64,000 nucleotides of DNA from Rhizobiaceae bacterium (GCA_016763155.1 JAESUH010000070.1:2507-66506), one strand, 5' to 3'. Counted from the stretch's first letter, positions 31,301 to 41,419 are shown. Notes: generated by a model not told the origin, from the letters alone. Made by a program: numbers and translations.

Positions 31301-31918
31301 GAACTCATGCACGCTGGAAGGAAATAGCATGGGCATGGAAGCTGCAATAAAGCCGTGATCGGATTGGTGAGCAACGGTGGAAGAACGGGCCTGATGGTCG
31401 TCGCCAGCGAAGCATAATACGCCACCATGAGGCGATGTGCCGGCAGAATTGGCATGTTTGAAAACATCACCGGAACGATCAACACCCGGTCCCTTGCCGT
31501 ACCATAGGCCCAAAATACCGTCTTTGCGTGCTCCGGGAGACAGAAATAGTTGCTGGCTGCCCCAAATAGCGGTGGCTGCGAGATCTTCATTGACGCCGGG
31601 TTGGAAAACAACGTCGTATTCATCAAGCAGCTTTTTTGCGCTCTTTAACGCAAAATCATATCCACCAATTGGGGAGCCGCGATAACCGGAGATGAATGTG
31701 CCAGTGTTTAATCCAGCTTGTTGGTCTCTGCGCATTTGAACCATGGGTAGGCGAACTAGCGCCTGAGTGCCGTTCATGAAAACCTTGCCGGAAGTTGCCG
31801 TGTATTTATCCTCCAGTGACACGAGTTTTTTGGCATTTCCTACAGGTTCAATTTTTCCCACGGTATTTCCTTTTGCTCGATAAGTCGTTAATTTCATTAT
31901 GCGCTTTTTGAGAAACAT
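28355..31918 (-). CDS. Indolepyruvate:ferredoxin oxidoreductase family protein (fused alpha/beta, about 1180 aa)
   Basis: Conserved N-terminal KY...G.V...GTQALVRLP block. TPP-binding and 2x[4Fe-4S]-like Cys clusters (CEGCGDC; CNKDFSCINGFCPSF). Start (31918 or 31897) is uncertain. Confidence 0.88.
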   Translation of the reverse strand: MFLKKRIMKLTTYRAKGNTVGKIEPVGNAKKLVSLEDKYTATSGKVFMNGTQALVRLPMVQMRRDQQAGLNTGTFISGYRGSPIGGYDFALKSAKKLLDEYDVVFQPGVNEDLAATAIWGSQQLFLSPGARKDGILGLWYGKGPGVDRSGDVFKHANSAGTSPHGGVLCFAGDDHQARSSTVAHQSDHGFIAASMPMLFPSSVHEFIELGLLGIAMSRYSGCWVGFKVIADTIETTGVVDLAGEDRKFIIPTDFEMPAGGLNLRWPDGILEQDARLQDYKVFAALAFARANNVNQLIYTSKKPRFGIISSGKAYENVREALRQLGIDKAAAEKLGIRLFKVRMPWPLEPEGVREFATGLEEIIVIEERREIIEGQLKDQLFNLPEKKRPRVIGKYDENGEQIISLHDELTSGIALRIIAARLLKLNLPANLKKLIKQKLAHFEMRSNIRLAHENTIVRTPHFCSGCPHNTSTKVPDGSRAMAGIGCHFMAVWMGRHTETFTHMGGEGISWTGITPFTDEKHVFVNLGDGTYFHSGSMAIRQAVASGANVTYKILYNDAVAMTGGQQHDGNLNPVQISLQLKSEGVKEVWLVSDDPDRYPRSAYANGTQMRSREHLDEVQKHLREVEGCTAIIYDQTCATELRRRRKRGLAETPKKHVVINPLVCEGCGDCSVQSNCISVEPLETEFGRKRKINQSSCNKDFSCINGFCPSFVTVNGGTLRKPQLPAISDETLPEPEVLPLNGVFNIAITGVGGTGVLTIGAILGMAAHLEDKAAIILDMAGLAQKGGAVLSHVRLAPTPDLVSSAQIITGEANLLLAADSVVAADQNSIALYAKDITNAVINTHLSPVSDFVFDGDFDFKEQSVVDAIKQYTIDNPGMVEFTKLAELVCGDTISTNIMMVGYACQKGLLPLKHASIEQAIELNGIAIQANKTAFLWGRRFAANPDEANAILSGAKTISGEPETLEQIIDRRAEFLIDYQDKKLADKYRALVTRAKEAEAKIGRKQDLTNAIARNYFKLLSYKDEYEVARLHSDGTFDKQIAETFEGDFTLTYHLAPPLIGGETLPNGRPAKKEFGAWTHRLFKIMAKFKNLRGGTFDIFGYSPERKMERQLIADYEKLMADLIPSMDKKNRATITALASLPAKVRGYGPVKETSVDKMEADKADLLKGLKAPSANATKNQSVGEPAE

Positions 31919-32016
31919 TTACAGTTCAAAATTTGATGATTTTTGAAATTGAAAATTGTGGCTATCAGGCGTATGTAGTCAATTAAATCATCCTTATGCA
32001 TAAACAGAGACCCGAT

Positions 32017-33009
32017 ATGTCAAAATTTCTTGTTGCTGCCCTTTATAAATTTGTATCCCTGCCGGATTTTCACGATCTGCAAAAGCCAATTCTTGCCAAG
32101 TGTCAGGAAGAAGGCGTTATGGGAACGTTACTATTGGCGGAAGAGGGGATAAACGGAACTGTTGCCGGTTCTGAAAAGGGCATCCGCAACCTGTTGGCCT
32201 ATCTGAAGAAAGATCCGCGGTTTAGCGATCTTGATCATAAAGAAAGCTGGGCGGAGAACGAAAACCCATTTTACCGTATGAAAGTGCGTCTGAAGAAGGA
32301 AATCGTTGCCCTTGGGGTAAAAGGTGTGAGCCCTACCAAGGAAGTCGGCGAATATGTGAATCCTGAGGACTGGAATGCGTTGATTGAAGACCCTGATGTG
32401 GTGGTGATTGATACACGTAATGATTATGAGGTTTCAATTGGTACGTTCAAAGGTGCCGTTGATCCCAAAACCACCACTTTTCGCGAATTTCCAGAATGGT
32501 TTCGTGCGCAAAAGAATTTGCATAACAAACCCAAAATCGCGATGTTTTGCACCGGTGGCATAAGGTGTGAAAAATCCACTTCGTTTCTGAAGGCTGAAGG
32601 GTTTGAAGATGTTTACCACCTCAATGGCGGCATCCTGAAATATCTGGAAACAGTGCCCGAGGCTGAAAGCCTTTGGGAAGGTGAATGTTTTGTTTTTGAC
32701 CAGCGTGTGAGCGTTGGTCACGGGCTAAAGCAGGGGCCCTATGATTTGTGCCATGCTTGTCGCCATCCAATTACCGAAGAAGATAAGCATTCAAAGCATT
32801 ATCTGGCCGGGGTTTCCTGCCCGAAATGCCATGACAAAATGAGCGCTGACCAGCGCAAGCGGTTTAGCGAGCGTCAGCACCAGATTCAACTGGCAAAAGC
32901 ACGCGGTGAAACACACATTGCAGCAGATCAGAATGCACAGAAATTGCGCAAAAAACTGGCAATGGAAGAGCATGTATTGCGTTCCAATGCGCAGCATTCA
33001 CCCAGTTGA
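32017..33009 (+). CDS. trhO: Rhodanese-domain tRNA uridine(34) hydroxylase (UPF0176 / YceA family)
   Basis: LYKFV...F N-terminus; rhodanese active-site loop CTGGIRCEK; C-terminal Cys pairs. Confidence 0.85.
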   Translation: MSKFLVAALYKFVSLPDFHDLQKPILAKCQEEGVMGTLLLAEEGINGTVAGSEKGIRNLLAYLKKDPRFSDLDHKESWAENENPFYRMKVRLKKEIVALGVKGVSPTKEVGEYVNPEDWNALIEDPDVVVIDTRNDYEVSIGTFKGAVDPKTTTFREFPEWFRAQKNLHNKPKIAMFCTGGIRCEKSTSFLKAEGFEDVYHLNGGILKYLETVPEAESLWEGECFVFDQRVSVGHGLKQGPYDLCHACRHPITEEDKHSKHYLAGVSCPKCHDKMSADQRKRFSERQHQIQLAKARGETHIAADQNAQKLRKKLAMEEHVLRSNAQHSPS

Positions 33010-33014
33010 ATTTG

Positions 33015-33665
33015 ATGGCTGAAAAACGGCCAGTTCTGTATTCATTTCGCCGTTGTCCCTATGCCATGCGCGCGAGGCTGGCCATATCGGTTAGCGGGGT
33101 TGAGTGCGAGTTGCGCGAAATTGTGTTGCGTGACAAAGCGCCTGAATTTTTGCAGGCGTCACCCAAGGCAACGGTCCCTGTTCTTATCGATGAAGACGGG
33201 AATGTAGTTGAAGAAAGCCTTGATATCGCCTTATGGGCTTTGGCGCGTCATGATCCGGATAATTGGCTGAAGCCAGAGATTAGCAGCATTGAAGAAATGC
33301 ATGCCCTGATTGGTGAGGCAGATGGGCCGTTTAAATCCAGGCTTGATAGATATAAATATGCGAACCGTCATGACGGAATAGACCCCAATGAGGAACGTCA
33401 GGCAGCAAGTGAATTTCTGCTATTGCTTGATCAGCGATTGACTGATCAGCAATATTTGTTTGGCTCGCGCATTTGTCTGGCTGATATGGCGATTGCACCA
33501 TTTGTGCGGCAGTTTGCCAATGTGGATCGAGACTGGTTTGATAGCCAAGAATGGCCGAAATTACTGAGCTGGCTGGAGAGTTTTCTTGAAAGTGGGCGCT
33601 TTCAATCCATTATGGAAAAATATCCTAAATGGCAGACTGGCGATACGTTAACGATTTTTCCATAA
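33015..33665 (+). CDS. Glutathione S-transferase family protein
   Basis: Thioredoxin-like N-terminus LYSFRRCPYAMRARLAI plus a GST C-terminal domain. ATG 33015 lies just after the trhO stop. Confidence 0.8.
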   Translation: MAEKRPVLYSFRRCPYAMRARLAISVSGVECELREIVLRDKAPEFLQASPKATVPVLIDEDGNVVEESLDIALWALARHDPDNWLKPEISSIEEMHALIGEADGPFKSRLDRYKYANRHDGIDPNEERQAASEFLLLLDQRLTDQQYLFGSRICLADMAIAPFVRQFANVDRDWFDSQEWPKLLSWLESFLESGRFQSIMEKYPKWQTGDTLTIFP

Positions 33666-33705
33666 TTTTAATTGAAGTTGTCGTCAGTATTCCTCTGAAA
33701 CACCA

Positions 33706-34260
33706 GTGTTATGTTATTGTCGAATAAATATTATGGTTAGAATTCTTACAATTGGGCTATCTTTTTACTGGTTCTTTTTTTGGTTGATGAATGCGTTGGA
33801 CAAGGTCTTAAACAGACAAGACCTTGGGATATTGCGTTGGAATGGCCGGGAACGATCCGGGCAATTTGCTGGCTATCTGGAGAAGATGAACCTGTCGGTT
33901 GATCTGTATGTCCCGCTAATGATTTTTGCTTTTGTGGTTGAACTGGCTGTGGCATTAGCGTTTTTGCGTGTTCTTGTTGTTTTGATAAAACAGCGACACA
34001 TCGTTCGGTTTATGCCGCAGGAATGTCTGAAGCTCCCGATATTTCTCAGCATAATGGTGTTCACCGGCTTTTCGGTGTTCGATGTTGTTGCCGGTGATCG
34101 CGCAGAATTGCTGGAGCATGGCACCTATATGTGTCTGGTTGGCGTGACATGGATTATTGCCAGCTTTGAAAGCGTGCTCGATGTAGTGCCGCAGCGTGAC
34201 TACGCAGGAACGGAGCGACGCTCAGAAACCATGACTGATCGGCGTGGGGATGTGGATTAA
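33706..34260 (+). CDS. Hypothetical integral membrane protein (about 4 TM segments)
   Basis: Hydrophobic segments only; no family recognised. Start may be ATG 33733. Confidence 0.45.
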   Translation: MLCYCRINIMVRILTIGLSFYWFFFWLMNALDKVLNRQDLGILRWNGRERSGQFAGYLEKMNLSVDLYVPLMIFAFVVELAVALAFLRVLVVLIKQRHIVRFMPQECLKLPIFLSIMVFTGFSVFDVVAGDRAELLEHGTYMCLVGVTWIIASFESVLDVVPQRDYAGTERRSETMTDRRGDVD

Positions 34261-34278
34261 ATCCTGCCCGGTATTTTC

Positions 34279-35319
34279 TTATGAAGGTGCCAAACCACGC
34301 AGACGCTCGGAGCGACGCCGCAACATTTCCAGAACTGTCAGCAGTGCAATTGAAATTGCCACAAGGATTGTTGCAACAGCCAGAATTGTCGGAGAAATTT
34401 GCTCGCGAATTCCGGAGAACATTTGGCGCGGAATGGTGCGCTGTTCCACATCTGCCAGGAAGATGACGGCCACAACTTCATCCATCGATGTGATGAATGC
34501 AAACAGTGCGCCCGATATCATACCTGGCATGATTAAAGGCATAATGACCTTGTGAAATGTAGTCCACCCATTGGCGCCCATGCTTTGGGCAGCACGGATT
34601 AATGAGCGATCAAAGCCCGATAGCGTTGCTGTAACCGTGATGATTACAAACGGTATGCCCAGGGTGGCGTGAGCCAGAATGATGCCCGGGAAAGTTTTTG
34701 CAAGGCCAATGTCTGAATAAAAGAAGAACATGCCGGTTGCTGTGATTACCAGTGGTACAATCATAGGCGAAATAAGTAGGCCGGTGATTAACCCGCGATA
34801 TGGCATTTCAGGGCGAGACAGGCCGAGGGCTGCAAGCGTTCCCAACACGGTAGCAATGATGGTTGCAAAGAATGCGATGAAGAATGAGTTACGAGTAGCA
34901 CGCACCCACTGAGCATTGTTCCACATGTCGCTATACCAAGCGCTGCCAACTGCATCAGGATTTGTCATGCCATTGGAGAAAATATCCTCATACCACCGCA
35001 AGGAATAGGCCGTTGATTCAAATGACAGCATACCGTCAGTAAAGGTGAAATATGGTTCAGCATTAAAGGATAGCGGAATGATAATGATGATGGGCGTAAT
35101 CAGAAAAACGAAAATGAAAGTACAAATTGTCAGGAATAAATACTGCCAAATACGTTCCACAGTGGTTGCGTAAGGTGGCAGCTCTTTCATGAAAAACAGC
35201 GGTGTGCCGAATAGGAAAATAAAGCCAAGCAACACTGCGAAGTGTTGGGTAATTGCCAGCACAATCACACAGGCGACGGCAAAGGCAATATGATGTTTTT
35301 GAAATTTAGACATGTCCAT
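34279..35319 (-). CDS. ABC transporter permease (PotC-like)
   Basis: Binding-protein-dependent transport inner-membrane component with an EAA-like loop (AAQSMGANGWTTFHKV). Confidence 0.85.
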   Translation of the reverse strand: MDMSKFQKHHIAFAVACVIVLAITQHFAVLLGFIFLFGTPLFFMKELPPYATTVERIWQYLFLTICTFIFVFLITPIIIIIPLSFNAEPYFTFTDGMLSFESTAYSLRWYEDIFSNGMTNPDAVGSAWYSDMWNNAQWVRATRNSFFIAFFATIIATVLGTLAALGLSRPEMPYRGLITGLLISPMIVPLVITATGMFFFYSDIGLAKTFPGIILAHATLGIPFVIITVTATLSGFDRSLIRAAQSMGANGWTTFHKVIMPLIMPGMISGALFAFITSMDEVVAVIFLADVEQRTIPRQMFSGIREQISPTILAVATILVAISIALLTVLEMLRRRSERLRGLAPS

Positions 35320-35325
35320 ATCGCG

Positions 35326-36618
35326 TCACCCGAAGCTGAGTTTGTCGATGCCGACAAGCTTGTTGTAGAGCCAGTAAAGTACAAGAACGACTACCAGCAA
35401 GATCGTGCCAAGGGCGGCACCCAGGCTCCAGTTCAATGATTTCTGGATGTGGTAGGCAATCAGATTTGAAATCAATAACCCGTCTTCACCGCCAACCAGG
35501 GCTGGCGTAATATAGTAACCAATCGCCAAAATGAATACGAGCAGGGTGCCCGCGGCAATGCCTGGTAATGTTAGCGGAAAATATACCCTTCTATATGCAG
35601 TAAACGGGGTTGCGCCCATGGAACGGGCAGCACGCATATAGCTCACGGGTATCGTTTTCATCACAGAAAATAACGGCAGGATCATAAAGGGAAGCAAGAT
35701 ATGCACCATAGCAATGATCGTGCCGGTCTGATTATAAATCATCTGGATGCGGCCATCATCGGATATGAGCCCTATAAATACCAATATGTCATTTATCACG
35801 CCCTGGGTTTGCAGAATTGCAATCCATGCGGTCGTTCTCACCAGCAGTGAGGTCCAGAAGGGCAATAACACCAAAATCATCAACAGGTTGGATGTTCGTA
35901 GAGGCAGAACTGATAGCAAATAAGAAACCGGGAAGGCGATTATCAAACACAGGAACGTAATGATTGCCGACAACCTAAGTGTCTTGAAAAAGTTTGAGAC
36001 ATAAATCTGATAGAGTTCTTCTGCGGCAACAATATTGCCATTGTCGTCATATTTATGATCAAGTGCGGCCAGATAAAAGGCTATCGTGTAATCACTGGAA
36101 ACGCGCTTCAAATTGCGCCAAATTATCTGATTGTCCCACTTTTTATCGATTTTAAACAGAGCTTCCTTATAGGGACCTTCGGTGATCGTGCTCAATTTTC
36201 TTGATGTGGATGTGAACAGGCTGCGACTGCCAGGAATTGCATAATTCATCCGAGTGGCCAGATTGCCAACGGTTTTGCCGATTTCTCGGTTCTTACGGGC
36301 TATCTGCATGTCTTTTACAAATAGTTCAAAAGTCTCTTCGGACGGGAAGCCAATGCCGTCCCAATTTTTAATGGCTACTGCGAAATTAGGTAGAACGTTC
36401 GTTCCGGCTGGATTGTGAACCGAACGAAACAGCATTTGACCAATAGGCACAACGAAACTGATAATCAAAAACAACACCAATGGCAGGGTCAGCAAAAATG
36501 CCCTGGAACGCGCCTTTTTGGTGGTTTGCACCAGTTTTTGCTTGAGGGGAATCCCATCGGAGGTGAGCAATACGCCATCGGCGTTTGTGTTTCCCTGATC
36601 AAGTGTAGTGCTGGTCAT
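35326..36618 (-). CDS. ABC transporter permease (PotB-like)
   Basis: EAA loop AARSMGATPFTAYRRV. Preferred start ATG 36618 follows GAGGAAA. Confidence 0.85.
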   Translation of the reverse strand: MTSTTLDQGNTNADGVLLTSDGIPLKQKLVQTTKKARSRAFLLTLPLVLFLIISFVVPIGQMLFRSVHNPAGTNVLPNFAVAIKNWDGIGFPSEETFELFVKDMQIARKNREIGKTVGNLATRMNYAIPGSRSLFTSTSRKLSTITEGPYKEALFKIDKKWDNQIIWRNLKRVSSDYTIAFYLAALDHKYDDNGNIVAAEELYQIYVSNFFKTLRLSAIITFLCLIIAFPVSYLLSVLPLRTSNLLMILVLLPFWTSLLVRTTAWIAILQTQGVINDILVFIGLISDDGRIQMIYNQTGTIIAMVHILLPFMILPLFSVMKTIPVSYMRAARSMGATPFTAYRRVYFPLTLPGIAAGTLLVFILAIGYYITPALVGGEDGLLISNLIAYHIQKSLNWSLGAALGTILLVVVLVLYWLYNKLVGIDKLSFG

Positions 36619-36681
36619 ATTTTTTCCTCGACAATCGATGAGGATGCGCATTTTTGCGCATCCTCTTATTAGTCAAGCTGA

Positions 36682-37770
36682 TTAGCCAGCAAGCCAAGCG
36701 TTGAAACGCTCGTTCAACTGGTCAGCATTGTCAGCCCAGAAGTTGAAATCATTCTGGACAGCGTTTTTCAGATTGTCTGGATTTGTTGGCATCTGAGGAC
36801 CCATATCGATGTCCTTATTGTGGTATTTGCCAACAAGAGAACCGGAAGACTTACGAGCAGGGCCGTAAGAAATGTATGAAGCCTGAGCAGCCAACCGTTC
36901 AGTAGCAGTTGAGAATTTCAGGAAGTCCATTGCCAATTCTTTGTTTTTTGTACCTTTAGGAATAACCCAAAGATCAAGATCCCAAACCTGGCCATCCCAG
37001 ACGATTTCAAATGCTTTGCCTTCGCCAGCAACCGCATTGAAAATACGACCGTTATAAGCAGTAGTCATGGAAACTTCGCCATCAGCCAGAAGCTGTGGAG
37101 GCTGAGCACCAGCTTCCCACCAAACAACGTCACCTTTGATGGTGTCGAGTTTTTTGAATGCGCGATCAACACCTTCTGGAGTAGCAAGCACACCATAAAC
37201 GTCTTTCGCAAGAACGCCATCAGCGATCAAAGCAAACTCAAGGTTTACTTTTGCGCCTTTGCGTAGACCACGTTTGCCAGGGAATTTTTCTACGTTAAAG
37301 AAATCAGCCATGGTAGTTGGGCCAGCGGTAGGGAATTTACCTTTGTCATATGCAAAAATTGTGGACCAAACGATGTTTGCCACTGCACAATCATGCAATG
37401 TACCTTCGATGAAGTCAGTTGCAGCTGGAGTGCCATCGGCACCATCTGGCAAAGTAGATGCATCAATGGTTTCCAACAGGCCTTCGTCGCATGCGCGAAT
37501 GGCATCAGAAAGTTCCACGTCAACGATGTCCCAGGTTACGTTACCTGCTTCAACCTGAGCTTTAATCTCAGCGCTACCACCATTATAGTCTTCAGACTTG
37601 ATGGAGTTGCCAGTTTTAGCCATCCAAGGCTTGTGATATGCTTCGACCTGAGATTTGGTGTATGCACCACCCCAGGAAACGACGGTGATTTCACCGGCAT
37701 TTGTGACCGTTGCACCAGCTAGCAGGCTTACGCCTACAACTGTTGATGCAAGGAGTTTAGACAAGTTCAT
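36682..37770 (-). CDS. ABC transporter substrate-binding protein (PotD/PotF-like, family 1)
   Basis: Signal peptide MNLSKLLASTVVGVSLLAGATVTNA; size and pattern of polyamine/opine-type binding proteins. Confidence 0.85.
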   Translation of the reverse strand: MNLSKLLASTVVGVSLLAGATVTNAGEITVVSWGGAYTKSQVEAYHKPWMAKTGNSIKSEDYNGGSAEIKAQVEAGNVTWDIVDVELSDAIRACDEGLLETIDASTLPDGADGTPAATDFIEGTLHDCAVANIVWSTIFAYDKGKFPTAGPTTMADFFNVEKFPGKRGLRKGAKVNLEFALIADGVLAKDVYGVLATPEGVDRAFKKLDTIKGDVVWWEAGAQPPQLLADGEVSMTTAYNGRIFNAVAGEGKAFEIVWDGQVWDLDLWVIPKGTKNKELAMDFLKFSTATERLAAQASYISYGPARKSSGSLVGKYHNKDIDMGPQMPTNPDNLKNAVQNDFNFWADNADQLNERFNAWLAG

Positions 37771-37875
37771 AATTGTTCTCCTTCTTTTTTTATAATTAGT
37801 TTCATCAGTGATGAAACGGCTATTATGTACCCAATTCCAGCTCGTGGCCGGGGATACTAATTTCTGATTGATTTT

Positions 37876-38964
37876 CTATAGAACGTCCAGCGCTTTACAA
37901 TCACTGGAATTCCACCCGATATTGACTTTCTGACCTTCATTTAATTCCCGTTTGTCAGCACGGTTACGTACCTTGACGATGAATTCAGAATTGCCTGCAA
38001 CGTTCATGCGAACACGAATATGATCACCGAGATAAATCAGTTCTTCAATGTCGCCGGTCAGTTGGTTTTGCATGGATTTTGGCGGGTCTATTTCAATGCG
38101 CTCCGGGCGCAGGGATAGGGAGGTTCTTTCCCCCACACTATTCACATTTATCCGAGCAGCCTGGATTATTGTTCCATCATCAAGCTTTACGGTGCAATCA
38201 TCGCCCTTGATCTTCTCAACGACACCCAGCAATTTATTGTTTTCCCCAATAAACTGGGCAACAAATGCATTTTTCGGATTCTCGTAAAGTTCTTGTGCTG
38301 ACGATAATTGCTGAATGACACCATCTTCAAAAACAGCAACCCGGTCTGACATGGTCAGGGCCTCGGTTTGGTCGTGGGTCACATAGACCACTGTTACGCC
38401 GAGGCGTTCGTGTATGTGTTTGATTTCGTATTGCATTTGCTCGCGCAATTGCTTGTCGAGTGCGCCCAATGGTTCATCCATCAGGACCAGATCCGGTTCA
38501 AAAACCAGTGCGCGGGCAACGGCTACACGCTGTTGCTGGCCGCCGGAAAGTTGTGCCGGGCGCCGATCACCAAAGATCCCGAGTTCAACCATATCCAGAG
38601 CGCGCTGTACTTTTTCCTGGGTCTCAGCCTTGCTCATATTTCGAACTTGCAAAGGAAATGCCAGGTTTTCAGCGACGGACATGTGAGGGAACAATGCGTA
38701 ATTCTGGAAGACCATTCCGATACCGCGCTTATGGGGCGGTACGTGATTGATGGACTGTCCATCCAGGTAAATATCGCCATTGGTTGCTGGTTCAAAACCG
38801 GCCAACATCATCAGGCAAGTTGTCTTGCCAGAGCCTGATGGCCCAAGCATTGTGACGAATTCACCTTTTGCGATATCGAGATTTAAATCTTTTACGACAA
38901 GGGTTTCCCCGTCGTAACTTTTTTGAACTTTTTCAAAACGGACAAACGCGTCATTTGCGGCCAT
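37876..38964 (-). CDS. ABC transporter ATP-binding protein (PotA-like, with C-terminal TOBE/regulatory domain)
   Basis: Walker A GPSGSGKTT, LSGGQQQRVAVARAL, LVLMDEPLGALD. Confidence 0.9.
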   Translation of the reverse strand: MAANDAFVRFEKVQKSYDGETLVVKDLNLDIAKGEFVTMLGPSGSGKTTCLMMLAGFEPATNGDIYLDGQSINHVPPHKRGIGMVFQNYALFPHMSVAENLAFPLQVRNMSKAETQEKVQRALDMVELGIFGDRRPAQLSGGQQQRVAVARALVFEPDLVLMDEPLGALDKQLREQMQYEIKHIHERLGVTVVYVTHDQTEALTMSDRVAVFEDGVIQQLSSAQELYENPKNAFVAQFIGENNKLLGVVEKIKGDDCTVKLDDGTIIQAARINVNSVGERTSLSLRPERIEIDPPKSMQNQLTGDIEELIYLGDHIRVRMNVAGNSEFIVKVRNRADKRELNEGQKVNIGWNSSDCKALDVL

Positions 38965-39204
38965 GAACGGTTATTCTACCTTTTTCTTGGGGCAATCCAA
39001 TCTAGCGTCAGATTTACCCGCCTCCCAGTAATTGCAACAGTGAAGCCTTTCAAAGAGTAATGGTCAATGCCCATGCGTCATTTTTTGTTTTATTTCCGTC
39101 ACATTGTAGATAAAATTTGCCGAATAAGTTGATCTGACCGGTTCAACTGATTTATTTTAGTGAATAATTCGGTGCTCATTAAGAAGTTATTCGAAGATGT
39201 AATC

Positions 39205-40455
39205 TCACATTATAATATTATGGTCTGGGCCGAATGGAAATCCGGTTATATTAGTTGCGCCCGATTCGCCAATAACAAGAATATCATGTTCGCGGTATCC
39301 GCCAGCACCATCTATACCTTCCGGCACCATGATCATTGGTTCCATGGAAACCACCATGCCGGGTTGTAATATTGTGTCCACATCTTCGCGCAATTCAACG
39401 CCTGCCTCGCGACCATAATAATGGCTCAGCACACCGAAGGAATGTCCGTAACCAAAGGAGCGGTATTTTAACAAATCATGTGAGGCATAAATTTCATTGA
39501 GAGATTTTGCGATATCACTGCATTTGTTTCCTGGCCGCAATAATTTCAGTCCGGCGCGATGTACGTCGCAATTTATTTCCCACAATCGCAAATGCTCGTC
39601 GCTGGCATGGTCGCAAAATAGAGTGCGTTCAAGGGCGGTATAATACCCAAACATCATCGGGAAACAATTGAGGGACAGGATATCTCCCGATTGCACTTTC
39701 TTATTGGTGACCGGATTATGCGCGCCATCGGTGTTGATGCCGGACTGGAACCAGGTCCAGGTGTCCATCAATTCGACATGGGGAAACCTGTTGGCGATTT
39801 CTTTGACCATGGCGCTGGTTGAAGCCAAAGCCACTTCATGTTCTGCAACGTCTGCATGAATTGCGTCGACACATGCCTTTCCGCCAATATCTGCAATATT
39901 GGCGCTGATGGTAATGAGCTCTATCTCTTCATCAGATTTGAGCGAGCGCATCCACATTGAAGCTTGCGCTACATCGACGAATTCTGCGTTGGGGAATGTT
40001 TCTTTTAATGCTTCAAGATATTCAAGGTTCAAATGATCGAACTCTACGCCGATGCGGATTTTGCCACTGGCGGGGGATTGCCCGATGATTTCCCTCAATC
40101 CATGAAAAAAGTTATCTCTGCGCCAATCTGTATAAGTGACATTTTCACCATGGGTCATGCGACCCGGCTGGCCACCATCAATGCCCGCACTCAAGGTGGT
40201 GGTGTTTTGGCTGTCGATGACACAGGCATATTTGCGACCGAAATAGCAATAGAGAAAGCCGGTATAATAGTTGATGCAGTGATAACTAGTGAGAATGACG
40301 CAATGGATATCATTCTCAGCCATATGATGGCGCATGGCATTTTGCCTGCGGTCCATTTCACTGCTTGAAAACGGCGACCATGCTTTTTCACCATTATTCA
40401 ATTGCATTAGCTGGTGCATATTTGTGCTGGGGTCGATTGAATTGAAATTTTGCAT
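39205..40455 (-). CDS. Creatinase (creatine amidinohydrolase)
   Basis: Long blocks I recognise from characterised Pseudomonas-type creatinase (INYY..FLYC.FGR.YA, WTWFQSGINTDGAHNPVT, ILSLNCFPM.GYYTALERTLF, FGYGHSFG.LSHYYGREAG, GGYREHDIL). Confidence 0.9.
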   Translation of the reverse strand: MQNFNSIDPSTNMHQLMQLNNGEKAWSPFSSSEMDRRQNAMRHHMAENDIHCVILTSYHCINYYTGFLYCYFGRKYACVIDSQNTTTLSAGIDGGQPGRMTHGENVTYTDWRRDNFFHGLREIIGQSPASGKIRIGVEFDHLNLEYLEALKETFPNAEFVDVAQASMWMRSLKSDEEIELITISANIADIGGKACVDAIHADVAEHEVALASTSAMVKEIANRFPHVELMDTWTWFQSGINTDGAHNPVTNKKVQSGDILSLNCFPMMFGYYTALERTLFCDHASDEHLRLWEINCDVHRAGLKLLRPGNKCSDIAKSLNEIYASHDLLKYRSFGYGHSFGVLSHYYGREAGVELREDVDTILQPGMVVSMEPMIMVPEGIDGAGGYREHDILVIGESGATNITGFPFGPDHNIIM

Positions 40456-40630
40456 GATTGCCTATCCGTTTATTTTAACGCGCAATTTTCCCGAAAACTG
40501 GTTTCCACTTTTCGGATTGTGCTCTGGTTTCCTCAGTTTAGGCATGAATTAAAAAACCGCTTGCGCAATCGTGCGACAAAATATGTCGTTTTCAGGTGGT
40601 CAGGCTTGTGGAAATTTAGCCGCACAAATC

Positions 40631-41419
40631 CTATTTGGCGATCACCAATTCAGAAATAATCTCCGATTGCAGCCAGCCGGTGATGTGGCCTGCAACTCTG
40701 GCTGCTGCCGTATCTGCATCCTGCATGGTGGCTGCCATCTCGCAAAGGGTGGCAAAGCTTTGGCCTTGCTGCACCAAATCGATCAACATGCCTTCTTCGG
40801 CATTCAGGGGCCGATACTGGCACATCATGTTGTTGCGCCAGGCTAAGGTATAAAGGGGCTCATCAAGATTTTCAGGTTGCTCTGGTGTCTCGTCTTCAAC
40901 CAGAGCCATATATATGGCGAGCGCGTTGGTTTGTTGTTTTAGCAAACAACAGGAAGAATGTAGTTTGAAAGTTAAGCCAGTGACGAGTTCGGGCGGGATT
41001 GCTGCCAGATCATCCATGGTGGCGACATCATCATTGGAAGCGTCAAAGGCATCTTCAATGGCTTTTTCTATGGCTGCAATTTCGGCAAGAACCGGATGGG
41101 CACCAGCACTTTCATGATCGGAAAGGAATTTTGGAAAATATCTGCCAAACCAGCGCACATTTGGGTGGTTTGAGGGGTAGGCTTCTACATATTGAGCGGC
41201 CAGTTGATAAAATTGTTCATCGCCAACGAATTTCCATGTGTTCTCATAGTCTCCTGACAAAATTTCGATCAGGCGCGACAGATAGGCAAATTGATAAACG
41301 CCGAAGCGTTTTTCAGCAGTTGTATTTTCGGGCACTGAAATTCGCGGTAACGTGCCGTCCGTGCGTTTAAGAATATCGCTTTGCATTTGCGACTGAAGTT
41401 CTGCCAGTTTTTTTGCCAC
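40631..41419 (-). CDS. DUF2063-family partner protein of the MNIO enzyme (BufC/MbnC-like)
   Basis: DUF2063 pattern (RFGVYQFAYLSRLIEIL...YP...FG.YFP.FL). Its GTG start shares one base with the upstream TAG stop (TAGTG). Confidence 0.85.
   Translation of the reverse strand: MAKKLAELQSQMQSDILKRTDGTLPRISVPENTTAEKRFGVYQFAYLSRLIEILSGDYENTWKFVGDEQFYQLAAQYVEAYPSNHPNVRWFGRYFPKFLSDHESAGAHPVLAEIAAIEKAIEDAFDASNDDVATMDDLAAIPPELVTGLTFKLHSSCCLLKQQTNALAIYMALVEDETPEQPENLDEPLYTLAWRNNMMCQYRPLNAEEGMLIDLVQQGQSFATLCEMAATMQDADTAAARVAGHITGWLQSEIISELVIAK

Noticed and set aside
28355-31918. The fused 1187-aa indolepyruvate:ferredoxin oxidoreductase, considered as an anomaly next to aerobic pathways.
   Set aside because: Single-polypeptide IOR-family proteins of this size are common in aerobic Proteobacteria, often linked to aromatic or branched-chain 2-oxoacid metabolism. 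Nothing in the sequence is unusual beyond start-codon ambiguity.
33706-34260. The hypothetical 4-TM membrane protein considered as the missing DoxX-like fourth gene of the bufferin-type operon.
   Set aside because: It lies more than 6 kb away on the opposite strand, is separated by an unrelated transporter and creatinase, and shows no DoxX motif that I can recognise.
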